Source of the DNA: Lama guanicoe
Taxonomy: Eukaryota
Direction: 5' to 3'
Length of the DNA: 64,000 nt
Assembly: GCA_013239625.1 (NCBI GenBank)
Contig: MU053881.1
Span: 4,361,957 to 4,425,956 of the forward strand
Part shown: piece by piece, positions 37,701-50,725 of the stretch
How the letters are laid out: every line of letters begins with the position of its first letter
Position numbering within the stretch: position 1 is the first letter of the stretch
Notes under the pieces: model-generated
Database searches by the model: none
What the model was told of the DNA's origin: nothing
What the model saw: only the letters and a program-made list of their open reading frames with translations
Made by a program: the position numbers and the translations under genes

Positions 37701-40195
37701 TGGAGTGACTGAACGCCCACATCTCTGCTCAAAGGTCCTCCACGCCAGGAGACTGTCTCTGACCATCCCCCCATTTCTTTCTCTCGCACCCTCTATTGTT
37801 ATTTTCTTTGTGGCATCTGATTGTCACCTAGAGTGCTTGTGTCTGGGTATTCAGTTGCTGGTCACGGGCCCATCTCCTGTATGAGAAGGTCAGCCCTCTG
37901 AGAGTGGGTCCCCATGGGCCTTGTCCCCAGCTGGTGGCCAGGCAGCACCTGGCACACCGTGCGCAGCTCAATAAAAATGTGTTGAATGAATGTTTAACAA
38001 AGGAGAGTGGCCTCAACTCCTCAAATACGGGAGGTCAGGAGGCTCGGCCACGAAGCCCAGCTCCTCCTGGGCTGGCCGTCGTTGGGTGGGTTTGTTTATT
38101 TCCCCAGCCAGTTCAAATTCAGGCTTTGGCAAATTTCTGAAGCCTGCTGGGCCTCAGTTTCTGCATCTGTTAAGTGGAGCTAGGATTTTGAGCCCCTTCC
38201 CCGCAGAGACGTGGTGGGGATGAAATACATTAACCCTCAAAACGCTGAAGAACGTGCCTGCCTCAGAAGAGCCTCGGTAAATGTCATCTCTCATCATCAT
38301 CATCGGGACGACTTGGCTGGGCTAGGCAGTGACGATGACAGACTGGGCTCTGGGGCCCTCCCAGAAGATTAGGGGATTAATGCAGTTTGCAAGGCCAAAA
38401 GCTGTCCCCACCTGGTTGTGCCAGCTCCCGCCCCATCCACGAAATAAACCGGATGAAGCCTTTATCCATCTCTTGTTTGGAGGAGGAGGCTATCAGAGAC
38501 GGTGGATTACTGCCGCAGACGGAGCTGTCCTTGAATTATGAAACCAAAGGAGGAAATTAAAGTGCTCCACAGCAACAGATACGGGCCAGCCGGGGCAGAG
38601 GGCGGGGGGTGGGGCACAAAGGAGGGAGCAGGGCGTGTCTTATCACCTCAACGATGGCTATTCTGGAGGGTCGCTGGAGTTCTACAATAATATAATTTTA
38701 CAGCCTAAAATAATTTAGGCTACCCCCCTTCATTTTATACAAGCAAATGAGGCCCAGACAGGGAAAGTGACCCCCAGGGTCACACAGCCAGTTTGTGGCA
38801 GAACAACCCACACCTCTTGTTTTATTGAACAGGGTTATTTTTGCTGCCCTAGGCCAAGCCTCTGTTCCAGAGCCTCCTGCCTTTGGGCCCATCTGCTCTG
38901 CAAAGAACTCTTTGGGAAATGCTCCCCGTGTCTCTTCCTAGCACATCAGGGGGAGTATGAGCCAGCACCCTGGAGCCATTCTGGCTGGGTCTTAGAACCT
39001 CAGTTTGCTTATCTGTAAAATGGGAATAATAGGCCCTACCTCACAGGGTCACTGTGAGAATTTGATGAGCTACTGTCATATAAAGTCATTAGCCCTGGGC
39101 TTAGCACATAGTAAATGCTCCATAAAATGTTAGTTCTTATTATGGCCCCGGGGTTGACTTTAGAATCTAATGGTCCCCAGGCTGTGAGCCCCTCTGTGGG
39201 CAGAGGCAGTGACCATCTTTGGGACATCTTTTGTCCTCTGTGCCTTGCCTGGCAATTGACACCTGCCAGGGGCTCGGTAAATGGTAGTGGTGGATGGCTG
39301 GCCCCCTGAGGGGCACCCATTTCTCAGCCGGCACCATGAAGCACCAGGAAATGCTGCCAGCAACGCATGTGACTTTTGTCACTAGTTTAGACTTTAATCC
39401 TGAGTGGATAAAGAACCCTCCTGTCCAGCGGTGAGCCTGCCTCGTGATGGGGACGCTGTTTGTTTTCCCAGCCTTCCTCGGCAGCACAGAGCCTGCTCCC
39501 AACTAGCTGTGGGCTATTTGCATATAAATTGGTTTTCTCTCATTATAGAAATCTCTTAGGTCAGCTGGAGTTTCCATTTTCCTCCGCATCAGTCTGGACG
39601 CTCCATTTCTTGCTCGAGGGTCCCTCACGCCTTCCTCCCTCTTGCTGACAGCGAGGCGTGGTCACGTGTTCTCATCCTGGAGACGGGACAGCCTGAAAAG
39701 TCCCCCAAACACCAGGCAAGCTGGGACTGTTTCTCCCAGAAGAAGGTGGGGACAGGGGGAGCGGGGCCGGAGGACTCTGGTCCCTGGAATGGCAGGAAGG
39801 AGACCCTAGGATGGTTCAGCTTCAGGATCTGGGCCTCTTTTTCTCATTTATTCAAAAACCATCAATTTACTCAGCATGATGTTGGGTGCTGGGAGTGCAG
39901 AGATGGATGAGACACACGTACTGCCTTCCAGGAGCTCCCTGTCTAGGAAAGGAGAGAGAAAAGCAAAATAATACCAAACAAAAATCATAATATAGTCAAA
40001 CAACTGCCTTAAAGAGGATCAGAATGGATTCCAGCCAGAGAACAGGCTTTCAGATAGCGCTCATCCTAAACCACGGTCACACGCATGTGCACACGTGCAT
40101 GCGCACACTAGCTAACATGCTTATAGCACTCGCCACGTGGCCAGGCACCTTCCTAAGTAGATAATATATACATCAAATATATATATGTATATATA

Positions 40196-40603
40196 CAGTC
40201 CTTTCACTATGCTTCGCTTTTTTGTGCTTTGCAGATACTGTGGTTTTTACAAATTGAAAGTTTGTGACAACCCTGCATCGAGCAGATCTATTGGGGCCAT
40301 TCTTCCAACAGCATCGTTTTAAAATTAAGGCATGTACCTTGTTCTCTTAGACACAATGCTATCGCGCCCTTAATAGACTACAGTATAGTATAACTTGTAA
40401 GTATAAAACTTTTAACTTACATAACATATAATATATATAACATATGTATCTTATATAACTTAAAAGTATATAACTTGTAACTTATATAACATAACTTATA
40501 GGCACTGAGACACCAAAAAGACTTGTGTGACTTGCTTTACTGCAATATTTGCTTTATTGTGTTGATCTGGAACCAAATCTATCATGTCTCCAAGGTGTGC
40601 CTG
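40196..40603 (-). mobile_element. Tigger1 internal-deletion derivative (TcMar-Tigger) with TA flanks
   Basis: 'gcagatactgtggtttttacaaattgaaagtttgtgacaaccctgcatcgagca...ttaatagactacagtatag...tctggaaccaaa...ctccaaggtgtgcctg', flanked by TA. Confidence 0.85.
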
Positions 40604-41779
40604 TACATTCATACATACATATAGATATATTTATACATAATATATACATATTCGTTTATTAATACATTACTTTAATCTTCATGGCAAGCCGTAATGGAAA
40701 TGCTATCTTTATCATTGTTTTCCAGATGAGGGAACTGAGGGACCGAAAGATGGAATCACTGGACCAAGGTCATTGCTAGTAAGCCTCAGAGCTAGACTTG
40801 AACCCGGGCTGCGCTGTTCATCCTATGTTATAGCCACACTTGACACACAGTGATGCACTTCTGTGTTTTCTAGTCTAGTTCTTCTTTCCGAAAGTGCTGG
40901 TTAAGACCCCTGCCCTGCTATGCTGACCCATCCATGGGCTGGACTATAGACGGAGTGCCCAAGTGTGCCTGGGAGAATCCAGGAGAGAGAAACAGGGAGG
41001 AGATGCTTGCAATGGACCTGAAAGATGACTTAAGAATTTTCCGGACAGGTAAGAGGAAGAGCAGAGTATTTCACAAAGGACAAGCTGTGCCAATCCCCAA
41101 AGCATGAGAAAGTATAGAAGTCTCGGTCTAGGGGGCCTCAACTACATGACAGTGCTCAAGTGTGGTACAGGCTGAGCAGGTGGTGAGATATGGGGCGGGG
41201 AGGCTGGCCAAGACTGGATCACGACAGGCCTTGAAAGTCATGTTCATAGGCTCTGTTCTAAGGGCAGGAGGGAGCCAGGGAGTGATTGAGCAGGAGAGAG
41301 ACATAGTGGGTTAGAAACATCACTCCAGCTCTAGTGTGGGGGGCTTCCTGGACAGGGGGGCAAAGAGACAGTATAATCAGTAGGTATAACCAAGAGGTGC
41401 AAGAGCTATAATGGACTGGCCATTATCAGTAAGCTTGGACAGGGCCTTTTTCCTGCACAGAAGCACTCCTGCCGCACACTGATGTGTGTCGTGGCGCTGC
41501 ATCTCCCCAAAGAAGATAACCTTATCTAATTCATCCAGACACCTTAGAGGCTGGTGGTGGCCCTTGTGCGTGATAGCCAAGATGGGTGGGGACAGGACTG
41601 AGCTAAGGCAATGGCATATGACAAAGAGATGGGGGATCAAATGGATGAGATACGGTGGAACAAAGGAATCTGGCCTTGGTGATCAACTTGATGTCAGAAC
41701 TGAGGGAGGATGGAGAGACTGGGTGATGCTCAGTATCCTAGTTTAGCTCCACCAGATTTAATCCCGCTTCAATCTAACA

Positions 41780-42003
41780 CAGGGATCGGCAAATTTTTTC
41801 TGTAAAGGATCAGATAGAAAATATGCTCGACTTTGCAAGCCCCGTGATCACTCTCGCAACTACTGAACTCTGCCATTACAGTGCGAAAACAGCCATAGAC
41901 AATTTGTAAGTGAACGGGCGTGGCTGTGTCTCAATAAAACTTTACTTACAAAAACAGGCTGTGGGCCAGATTCGGCCCGAGGGCTCTCATTTGCTGATCA
42001 CCG
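41780..42003. mobile_element. MER58A hAT-Charlie MITE
   Basis: 'cagggatcggcaaattttttctgtaaagg...caactactgaactctgccatt...cagccatagacaat...ggcgtggctgtgtctcaataaaactttacttacaaaaacagg'. Confidence 0.85.
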
Positions 42004-42339
42004 TCGCTCTGAGACATGAGGTGGCCCAAGTAAGATGACCAACTAAGCGTGCCAGGTGGCTGCTTAGTGAGAGAAAGGCTCACACCTCATCAGGTACAGA
42101 CAGACCATAAATCTCTCCTCGAATGATGCCCACCTGATCATAACCACTCATCCGAAATGGCAGAGTCATTCCGATGTCTAGTCCTGGGAGCCCAACGCTG
42201 GCAGGACGGAGGTAGACGTCACTGCAGAAGCTCAGTCCCTGTGACAGTCACAGAGGAGGCCCTGGTCTGATACTTCCACTGGTTACAGATACAACACAAC
42301 AGAAACAATAAATCACCTCCACTGACTACTCACCATCCA

Positions 42340-42520
42340 CCAGATGCTGAGTCAAGGGCTTTACTTGAATGAGCTCCGTTAATGCTGACAAAACCCCAAT
42401 GAGGCAGGTGTGTACTACTATGTATCCCCATTCTACAGATGAGGAAACTGAGGTACAAAGAGATTTAATATCTCTGAGGCTTGGAACCAGGCAGTCCAAT
42501 CCCAGAACTTGGATCCCCAA
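42340..42520 (-). mobile_element. MIR SINE
   Basis: 'tatccccattctacagatgaggaaactgaggtacaaagagatttaa'. Confidence 0.8.
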
Positions 42521-44035
42521 TCCCTCTCCAGGCCCACATGGCTGCCCACGGTAGTTACGGCAAACCCACATTAGCCCCGAACATAGGACAAAACTGGTCA
42601 AATAGTTGGGAGTCTTTTGTCCTCTGGCCTGTGTGGCACTATTATTAGAAACAAGCAGTGGCGATAAACCCATCTGTTTCCAAACCAACCCTAATCAGCA
42701 GCCATATCTCTCCAGGATCTCTGTTATTGAGCAAAAGGTTGTCAGAAGCGGGTCCAGATGAATAAGGTGATATCTGAAGGCACTGTATCTGAGGGCGCGG
42801 GCAGAAAATGAGAGGAGACAGTCCATCTCCACGTGCTCACTCTGCAAACATCCACAGAGGGCTCTGTGGTCCCCCGTCCCTGCCCTCCTGGAGGGCACTG
42901 GCTGGGAGGGAGTCAGACACAGAGCAGATCGTTCAAATGCCCTGGACGCCATGCACAGTGAGGTGAGTCCAGGGGTGTGCTGGGGACACGGCAGGAACAC
43001 CTGCTTTAGCCAGCGCAGAGGCACCTGGAGCCCAGCCTGGATGGTCTTGTGGGTAGAGTGGTGGTGAGGGCTGTTCCAGGGGAGAGAACAGCACCTTACA
43101 AGGCAAGGGACACTGGGGTCTGGCCGGAGTAAGGAGGTCATGTACAAGACAGGCGGCTGGAGACGGGGGAGGTCGGCCCCCAGCAGCCGGCCTGGACCAC
43201 TCTGGGCTGGAGGCCGCCTCGTTCTCAGCTCCTGTCTGCAACTAGAACAGCCTCGAGTTCTAGATGAAACGCACATTGCCTGCCAAGCATATGGTGATGC
43301 CAAGAATGCGCTGCTGATGCTGCATCTTGAAGTCGTAAAAACAAATAATCGTAAATCACTTCTATCCCATGGCCTGCTTCACCCTCACTTCCAGAGGCTT
43401 CATCTTGCTTACACTCACTGAAAGTTCGACAGTGGGCAGATATTAATATATCCATCGCCCCTGTTGTGTTATTAAAAATATTACCAGCTATCACGGGGGG
43501 CAGGGCTCACAGTGGCTAGCAGTGAGCTAAGTGCTTCTCATATAGTATCCTACTTAACTGAGAAGCAATCCGAGGCTCACAGAGGCATAATGACTTGCTG
43601 AAGGTCATATGTTCAGAAAAGAATAGAACCAGGATCCAAACCCACATCTGCCCGACCTCTGCGCCCAGAGTCTTCCCGCTTGACTTCTTTGCCTTGTTAT
43701 CCTGTGATTTAAGGACTTTGTGGATTTCTGAGAACATTTTCATCTATTGTTATATTTGCCCCTCCAAAGAACCTTCTGAATGTAGTAGATGAGGAACCTT
43801 GGCTCAGAGAGGTAAAATGTCCTCCCCAAGGTCACACAGCTTTGGAAGGGGCCAACTGGAGACTGGAACTGAGGTCTTATTATTCCAAAGCCAAAGCTCT
43901 GTCTCCTTTACCCCGGCTTCTAAGTCCACCGCAAAGAAGATGGACAGCTAAAGCTCTCCCCCTGGATGCTTCTTATTTAAAAAAAAAAACAAAAAACCCA
44001 AACTCGTGTTCTCTTAATCTTTCCATTGGCAGGTA

Positions 44036-44233
44036 TTCATCAAGCAATCAAAAGACAAACACCTAGGAGAGCAGAACGCACAGATCGCAGCCAAAATGAC
44101 ATCATAAGGAGCAGGCTGTGCCAAGCAAATCTAATTTCCTCTGACAGAGCGGCAGGCTGGGCGATAAGGCTACAGGCACTGACGTTGCTGGTGCCCTGAT
44201 TCCGAAGGACGCGTTAGGTTAGCGCCACAAAAG
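44036..44233 (+). mobile_element. Ancient CR1/L3 LINE ORF2 (RT) relic
   Basis: Conceptual translation FIKQSKDKHLGEQN / DRSQNDIIRSRLCQANLISSDRAAG resembles CR1 ORF2 'IIKQSICKHLE..NSQHGF.K.KSCQTNLISFFDRVT' (recalled consensus). Confidence 0.6.
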
Positions 44234-44260
44234 CGGCCGGGAGGCGGGGAGGGGACAGGT

Positions 44261-44690
44261 CACAGCACACACATCCACTGAGGCACACACACATAGTCAC
44301 TCACAGACACCGACACACACACACAGACAGGAAGACATATACCAAAAGGCACACACGCCCACACACACAAAGACACACACATCTCCAATGACAGACATGC
44401 GCACTGAGAGATGCACCCAAATGTGTATGCACAGACACAAATATACCCACACACCAACTCAGATACATGTGCAGTCACTCGCGCACACACACAGACACAG
44501 AGACACACACAGAGATATATAGACACATAGAGAAACATAAACACACAGACACATTTGCCTGCCTCCCCTCCTTGTGCAAACACACACACACACAGAGGTG
44601 CATGTACACGTTCACACATGCACAGAAGTAGTCATAGACACACAGACGCTCACAGACACACAGACACACACCAAGACACACCCAGCACCC
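44261..44690 (+). repeat. Long degenerate (CA)n/(CAGA)n-rich low-complexity tract
   Basis: About 430 bp dominated by acacac/acagac. Confidence 0.85.
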
Positions 44691-46614
44691 CTCGCTGCCA
44701 GTAGATGCCAACTCTGCTCAAAGTCCTGCTCTGTACCCCGCAAATTACATCCTTCCCAAATTGGAGACTCTGAAAACTGAGTATCTCTGGTGTCTGTGCA
44801 TATTCTCAGCCCTGCCCTGCCTGATGTCATCCTCCAGGAGCTTGAAACACACCCTGGCAGCTGTGTGCTGTTGACAAAGATCGCGGACTTTGGAGCCAGG
44901 CTGGTCTGTGTCACAGGTGAGAATCTGCCCGTCACTAGGTGTGGGGACCTGGGCAAGTCTCTTCATCTTTCTGAGCTTCACTTTTCTCATCTGCAGGAGG
45001 GTTGATAATGCCTATGATGAGCCTGTTGGAGTTCTGGAATTCAGCAAGGACCTATCTGTGCCAAGTATGTTCATTATGTGAATGCCTGTCTCCCTCCCCA
45101 GGCTGGAGGTACCTCAGGGGCAGAGGTCTTGCCTGTTTCCACCAAGCTCAGTTTCCGGGGCTTAGTAGTGTCTGCCTGGCACATAGTAGTGTAGTAGGTG
45201 CTCAGCAAACATTCGTGAAATGAATCAGACAAGTCTGTATCCTTAGTTCCTAACACGGGCCTGGTACAAAGGACGTGCTCAGTTACAGTTAAAGCATGTT
45301 GAATAAAGTAGTACAAGAAAGTATAATCGCAATCATAGACCAGATTCTAACTATGTGCCAGGCACGTCCTTTACTCTGTTCCATGCTCTCCATGAAACAG
45401 GCATTCATTTGTAATTGAGAAAACTGAGATCCAAAGAAGTTAAATAATTCACCCAAGGTTACCCAGCTTCCTGGGGGTGGCACTTCAAAATCAGCAATCT
45501 GATCGCTGAGTGCACGCGCAGAACCTAATGCTGGACTCCATGAGTAAATATTTCCCCCTGGTGACAAAACTCAACAGATGACATCTACAGCCAGCTCTGC
45601 CTTAGTCAGAATGCGGAGTCACTCCTTCAAGTGAATCATCATATCATCTTCGATCCCAGGTTGACTTCTCAGTATCCAGCGTCTGTCTGGAGCCCCATCC
45701 ATATGGCCATGGTGGCATGTTTAAAATGGCATAATCTCAAGCTCCTGACATCTGCATTTCTCCTTACTCCTTCTCAGCCAACACACATCCATCTATCCAT
45801 CGACTGATCTGTCTATTATCCGCCTGTCTATCCGACTCCTGCTAATCTTCCATTTGAGGGCCATTCTGTCCCAGACGTTTTTCTTCTGTGTTTGTGTAAA
45901 CCACACAGCCCCATTCCGAATCTGTCAAATCTGTTTTCCTCTCTCTTGCACTGATACAGTCACTGGGTTTAAAACTCAAACAACCTGTAGGTCAATTAAG
46001 CTCCTCTGCAAAACAACTGCATGTGGCAGGCGGTAATTGATGGTGCAGAGTTAAGCATTTGGTATACCCTGGAAGGTTCCTATCCTGGCACCACCCGTAC
46101 TTCTGCTCATCTCAAATGTGCTCCCTCCTCCCTGCCCTCCCCTCAACCAATTTCCCTGGAAAAAAAAAAAAGAGGGTTTTGTGAAGGGTATCTGCCTCTG
46201 TCTGGGCCATGCAACATGGAAACAGCCACAAGGCATGGAGGCCATAATTATCCTTCTCCACAAAGGAAAACAAAAATGTCCAAAGATAGCGGCCACCTCG
46301 CAGGCAGGCGGCCAGGGCAGGCAGCACTGACTCATCGGCCACACCAGGCAGCCACTCTGCCTCTGCAAGCAGGCTCCGCATTTACTCACAGCTTTGCAAG
46401 GCTAACCAGCAGAACAGAGGACTCTGAGGGCTGAAGGAGTTTCTATTTCTGATCGCTTGAACCTTAACATGACACAGGTGGTTTTTAAGATTTTTTTATT
46501 TTATTTTAAGTCAATCTCTTGCTTCCCAATTGTGGCTCTGTCCATTGGGACAGCCCATGTGAGAGAATAGATTGAAAATATATCTCATATATTTCATACA
46601 TAAATTTAAAATAC

Positions 46615-47375
46615 ATCTCAATAGATGTAGAAAAAGCATTTGATAAAATTCAACCTCCATTCATGATAAAAACTCTTACCAAAGTGGGTATAGAGGGAAC
46701 ATATCTCAACATAATAAAAGTTATTTGTGACAAACCCACAGCCAGCATGATGCTCAATGGTGAAAAGCTGAAAACCTTCCCACTAAAATCTGGAACAAGA
46801 TAAGGATGTTCACTCTCACCACTTCTGTTCAACATGGTATTAGAAGTCTTAGCCAGAGCAATCAGACAAGAAAAAGAAATAAAAGGGATCCAGATTGGAA
46901 GACAGGAGGTAAAATGATCACTACATGCAGATGACATGATACTATATATAGAAAACCTAAAGACTCCACACAAAAACTACCAGAGCTGATAAAGAAATTC
47001 GGCAAGGTAGCAGGGTACAAGATTTACATACAGAAATCAGTCGCCCTTATTTACACTAACAGTGAAATATCAGAAAAGGGAAGTTTTCAAAAAAATCCCC
47101 TTTAAAATCACACACATAAAAATACTTAGGAATAAACTTGACCAAGGAGGTGAAAGACTTATACTCAGAGACCTATAAAACATCGATTGAGGAAATTAAA
47201 GATGATTTAAAGAAATGGAAAGATATTCCATATTCCTAGACTGGAAGAATTAATATTGTTAAAATGGCCATACTACACAAAGCAATCTATAGATTTAATG
47301 CAATGCCTATAAAAGTACCTGGGACATTTTTCATGGAACCAGAACAAATAGTCCTAAAACTTATATGGAATCACA
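46615..47375 (+). mobile_element. L1 ORF2 internal fragment (RT domain), dead
   Basis: Translates [21 protein letters not shown]...[36 protein letters not shown]...[12 protein letters not shown]; contains stops and frameshifts. ORF 47264-47482 begins [17 protein letters not shown]. Confidence 0.93.
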
Positions 47376-50231
47376 TTATAGCAACCTACATTTTCCCTAC
47401 TCTTGCCACCACAAATTTCTCTCCCCCGCCCCTCAGCATCTGCATGAATTTCTACCATTGTCAGTTCATTTCATGGGACTGAATTTGGTCTTCTCTTGGT
47501 GTTATTCATTAAAACAGCGACTTCTCCTTGTACAGAGTAGGTGGTTGGGAAGGGAGGGGTGCTAACACAGCAAAGGAGGGGGCCACTGTGTGCCAGGAGC
47601 CGTGCCAGGCACTGTACAAAACTCATCTCCCCAAACACTCACAGTCCCTGACTGTCTCCATTTTAGAGACACTGAAAGGGACATTCAGAGAGGAGAAGTG
47701 ACCTACTCAGCATCTGTCAGGATGCAGGTCTGTTCAGCGCCAAGGACCACACGATTCCCTTGTCTCCCTATCACCTTCCAGATGTTTCACAGTCCTACTA
47801 AAATGCTGCTAGACACACCACACTTTGTCCACACTGGGATTACAGATAAATGTCACCTCAAGTGCCAATGCCAATACCCTGGTGGAACCAGGAAAATGTA
47901 ACATTTCCTGGAAAACGTCATTTCCACCAAAACGTTGAAGTTGAGGATGCTGCACGCGTCCGCTAGCAAGAGGGACCAGCACAAAGACCAAAAGTCCAGA
48001 GGACGGTGGAGCAGGAAGCAAGCTCCTGGGTCCCTGGGGGGGGTGGCTCTCTTCTTCAGTCTGTATTTTATGGCGGTCATCTGATGTTGCAACACCCTCG
48101 TTGACCACAGCCCATAGCAACTAATAGAAAGCACTGAGGCTGTCTCGTTGACACACTTCTGATGTGGGCTTTTCTGCTCCAGAACCTTCCACGAAGTTCA
48201 GAACTGGAGAACTGAGAGTCTCCCCATCTACAGAACCCTAACTTCAAACCGGACTTCAGACTAAACTCTCAGTTCCTCTCCAACCTTTTTTTCTTGGGGC
48301 TGCCGTCTTGCCAACTCAGTATATGGCACCATCCAAGTCATCCTGAACTCTTGGCTCTCCGTGTCACATCCCCTCAGACACCAAGTCCAGGTGGCCCTGC
48401 CTGCTAGTCTCCGAGGAATTGGTCCCCTGCTCGCCATCTCTTACCTGCCCACTGAGCCCCGCCTTTCCTTGCCCCCGTGGCTGCACCAGGCTCCTCACTG
48501 GTACCCTGACTCCAGCCCATCCTCCACCCTGGCTCAGAGAGAACATTCTAAAGCACAAAGCCACCCCCATCGCAGCATGCTTAAAAATCCTCCCATGGAT
48601 CTACATTTCCTGAAGATAAAATCCAAATGTCTAGACCTGACATTCAAGACCTTTTGTTACCAGATCCCCGCTCACTCCTCCAACCTTATCTAAAGCTACT
48701 CCCTGAGGCACAAAACCTGCATTCCCTTCCAACCACAGCAGCCACTCGGAGGCTGGCTCCACTCCTCCCCACCTTTAAACAGGCTCTTCTCGTGGCTGGA
48801 CGGCCCTTTCCTTGTTTATCTAACTCTTCTCATTCTTCAGCTCAGCTCTTGCCTCCCAGGCCCACCCCCTCCCGTCTGGTCAGCCCAGATGGGGCGCCTC
48901 CTCGGGGCCTCCACGCCCTCCGGCGTCACTTATCACCCGGTGTCAGGCGTCTTTCTTGGCTTTGGGGATTCTAAGAGGAGATTCTCAGGAGATTGGAAAG
49001 AACTCTTAGTTAAAAACATTTGGAGGAAGGCAGGAGCAGAGCCAGGTGCTCCCCACTCCCCTCCAGTCCTCCGAGCTGTACAGAAAAGGACCAGGAGGGG
49101 GAGGAGTGAGAAAGTGACTGTCCCAGACAAGGAGGCCTGTGTGCTCTCTCCCAGGGCCAGGTGCGGAGACAAAGGCAAAGTCCCCAGAGAGACAACCTGT
49201 CGGATCTCTGAGCAGAAGGGAAAGGGGACCCCCAGGGAGGAAGGAGGGCCCCAAAGAGCAGAAGTGTCCGCATGGCGTCTCTAGGTGATTGGGAACTCAG
49301 ACATCTCACAGAGTTTCCCACAATCCTGTGAGGCATAAGAAGTAGTATCATGAACCCCAGAATGTCACAGAGGTCACACAGTCACGTGACCTGAGAGGGG
49401 CTGCAGATAAGAACAAGGGACAGCTCCAGGGTGACCTGTGTTGGCTCAGAATGATAAATGCCACTGAAGGTGACATCAGCAACAAGTGGCCTTCCACCCG
49501 TCACCTTTGCACCCGAAGGATAGACGCAGCCTCTGGGAAAAGGAGGGGATGGACTGACTGTGATTCCGTTGTGATCCACCCCGGCTGAATGGAGGCTCAA
49601 GATAGAAACTGAACTTAGGGATGATAAAGAAATATATATGTATTCCACACCTGAGTTTGTGGACTGAAAGTCATACCCCTCATAAATGAACGAATGAATG
49701 AATATAGATGAGAAAAGCATCTTGGCCAGAAAAACACATGCATTCAGAGTTGGGCCCTTACTGGAAACAGGGGTACGTCTCTTTCCCCTATTTTGACATC
49801 TGGGGCAACCCAAGGTGAGGTGTCCGGAATCAGGGAGCTAGATCCGAAGTCTGCCTGTTTGAGGATTATGGCTACCGCAGCAAACCCAATGCAGCAAACC
49901 ATTCAAGAGGGGGAACTGAACAGTCAGGGTCCAGGCTTCTTCTTGAAGGTCACTCCCTGGGGCTACCCAGGGCAGAGACATGTTTCAGGCCCCTCTTCTT
50001 CCTGTGACTCAGAAGAAAGGTGGCCAGGAAAGGCTTCTCTGCAAAAATGAGGCTGGAGAAGAAATCTGAAAATGAATAGAATCAGGCAGGGAGGGCGGGA
50101 AGAGACACCACACAGACTGAGCTGCACGTGCAAAGGCCCTGTGGTAGGAGGAGCTGGGCTTGTTGATGGAAGGAAACAGACTCTTACATTAGGAACCCTG
50201 AGAGTGAAGGTGAGGTGAAGCAGGACATTGA

Positions 50232-50725
50232 CTGGCACTTCTAAAATGTTCCCCCTCCCTCTCCTTCAGTTTGGGCTGGACCTAGTGACTTGTTTCTGAC
50301 AGAGTAAGATAGCAGTGGAATAACGCTTCCAAGATTAGGTTATAAAAGTCTTCCCTCTTGCTCCCACTCCATCTCTGGCTTTCTCACTTGCTTGTTCAGA
50401 TGAAGCAAGCTGCCATATTGGGAGCTACCCTACAAGGATGCCCATGTGACAAGAAACTGAGGAAACCTCCAGCCGGCCAACAGCCAGCGAGGAACTAAAT
50501 CCTGCCAACAAACCGCATGAGTGAGCTCAGCTCCACCCTGAGTTGAGCCTTGAGGTGACTGCAGCCTCAGTTGCTAACTTGGTTGCAGTCTTGTGAGAAG
50601 CCATGAGCCAGAGGACCCAGCTCAGTCACACCCAGATTCCTGAACCCACAGAAATTGTGACATCGTAAACCAGTGTTGTTTTCTGTGTGGCTAAGTTTTG
50701 GGGTAACTAATGTAGCTGATAATGT
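50232..50725 (+). mobile_element. MLT1E/F-type MaLR LTR
   Basis: 'gggctggacctagtgacttg...agattaggttataaaa...gaagcaagctgccat...caacagccagcgaggaact...ccagattcctgaacccacagaaattgtga...gctaagttttggggtaa'. Confidence 0.75.

Noticed and set aside
42695..43303. 202-aa ORF (likewise 54831-55457, 58229-58804, 19641-20198, 16584-17111)
   Set aside because: No recognisable homology, Pro/Ser/Gly/Cys-rich composition typical of chance ORFs in GC-rich DNA, and several run through MIR/L2.
44260..44780. Cys/Val-rich and Thr/His-rich ORFs
   Set aside because: Translation artefacts of the (CA)n-rich tract.
46650..47482. ORFs 46650-46973 and 47264-47482 as genes
   Set aside because: Antisense and sense readings of a dead L1 ORF2 fragment with stops and frameshifts.
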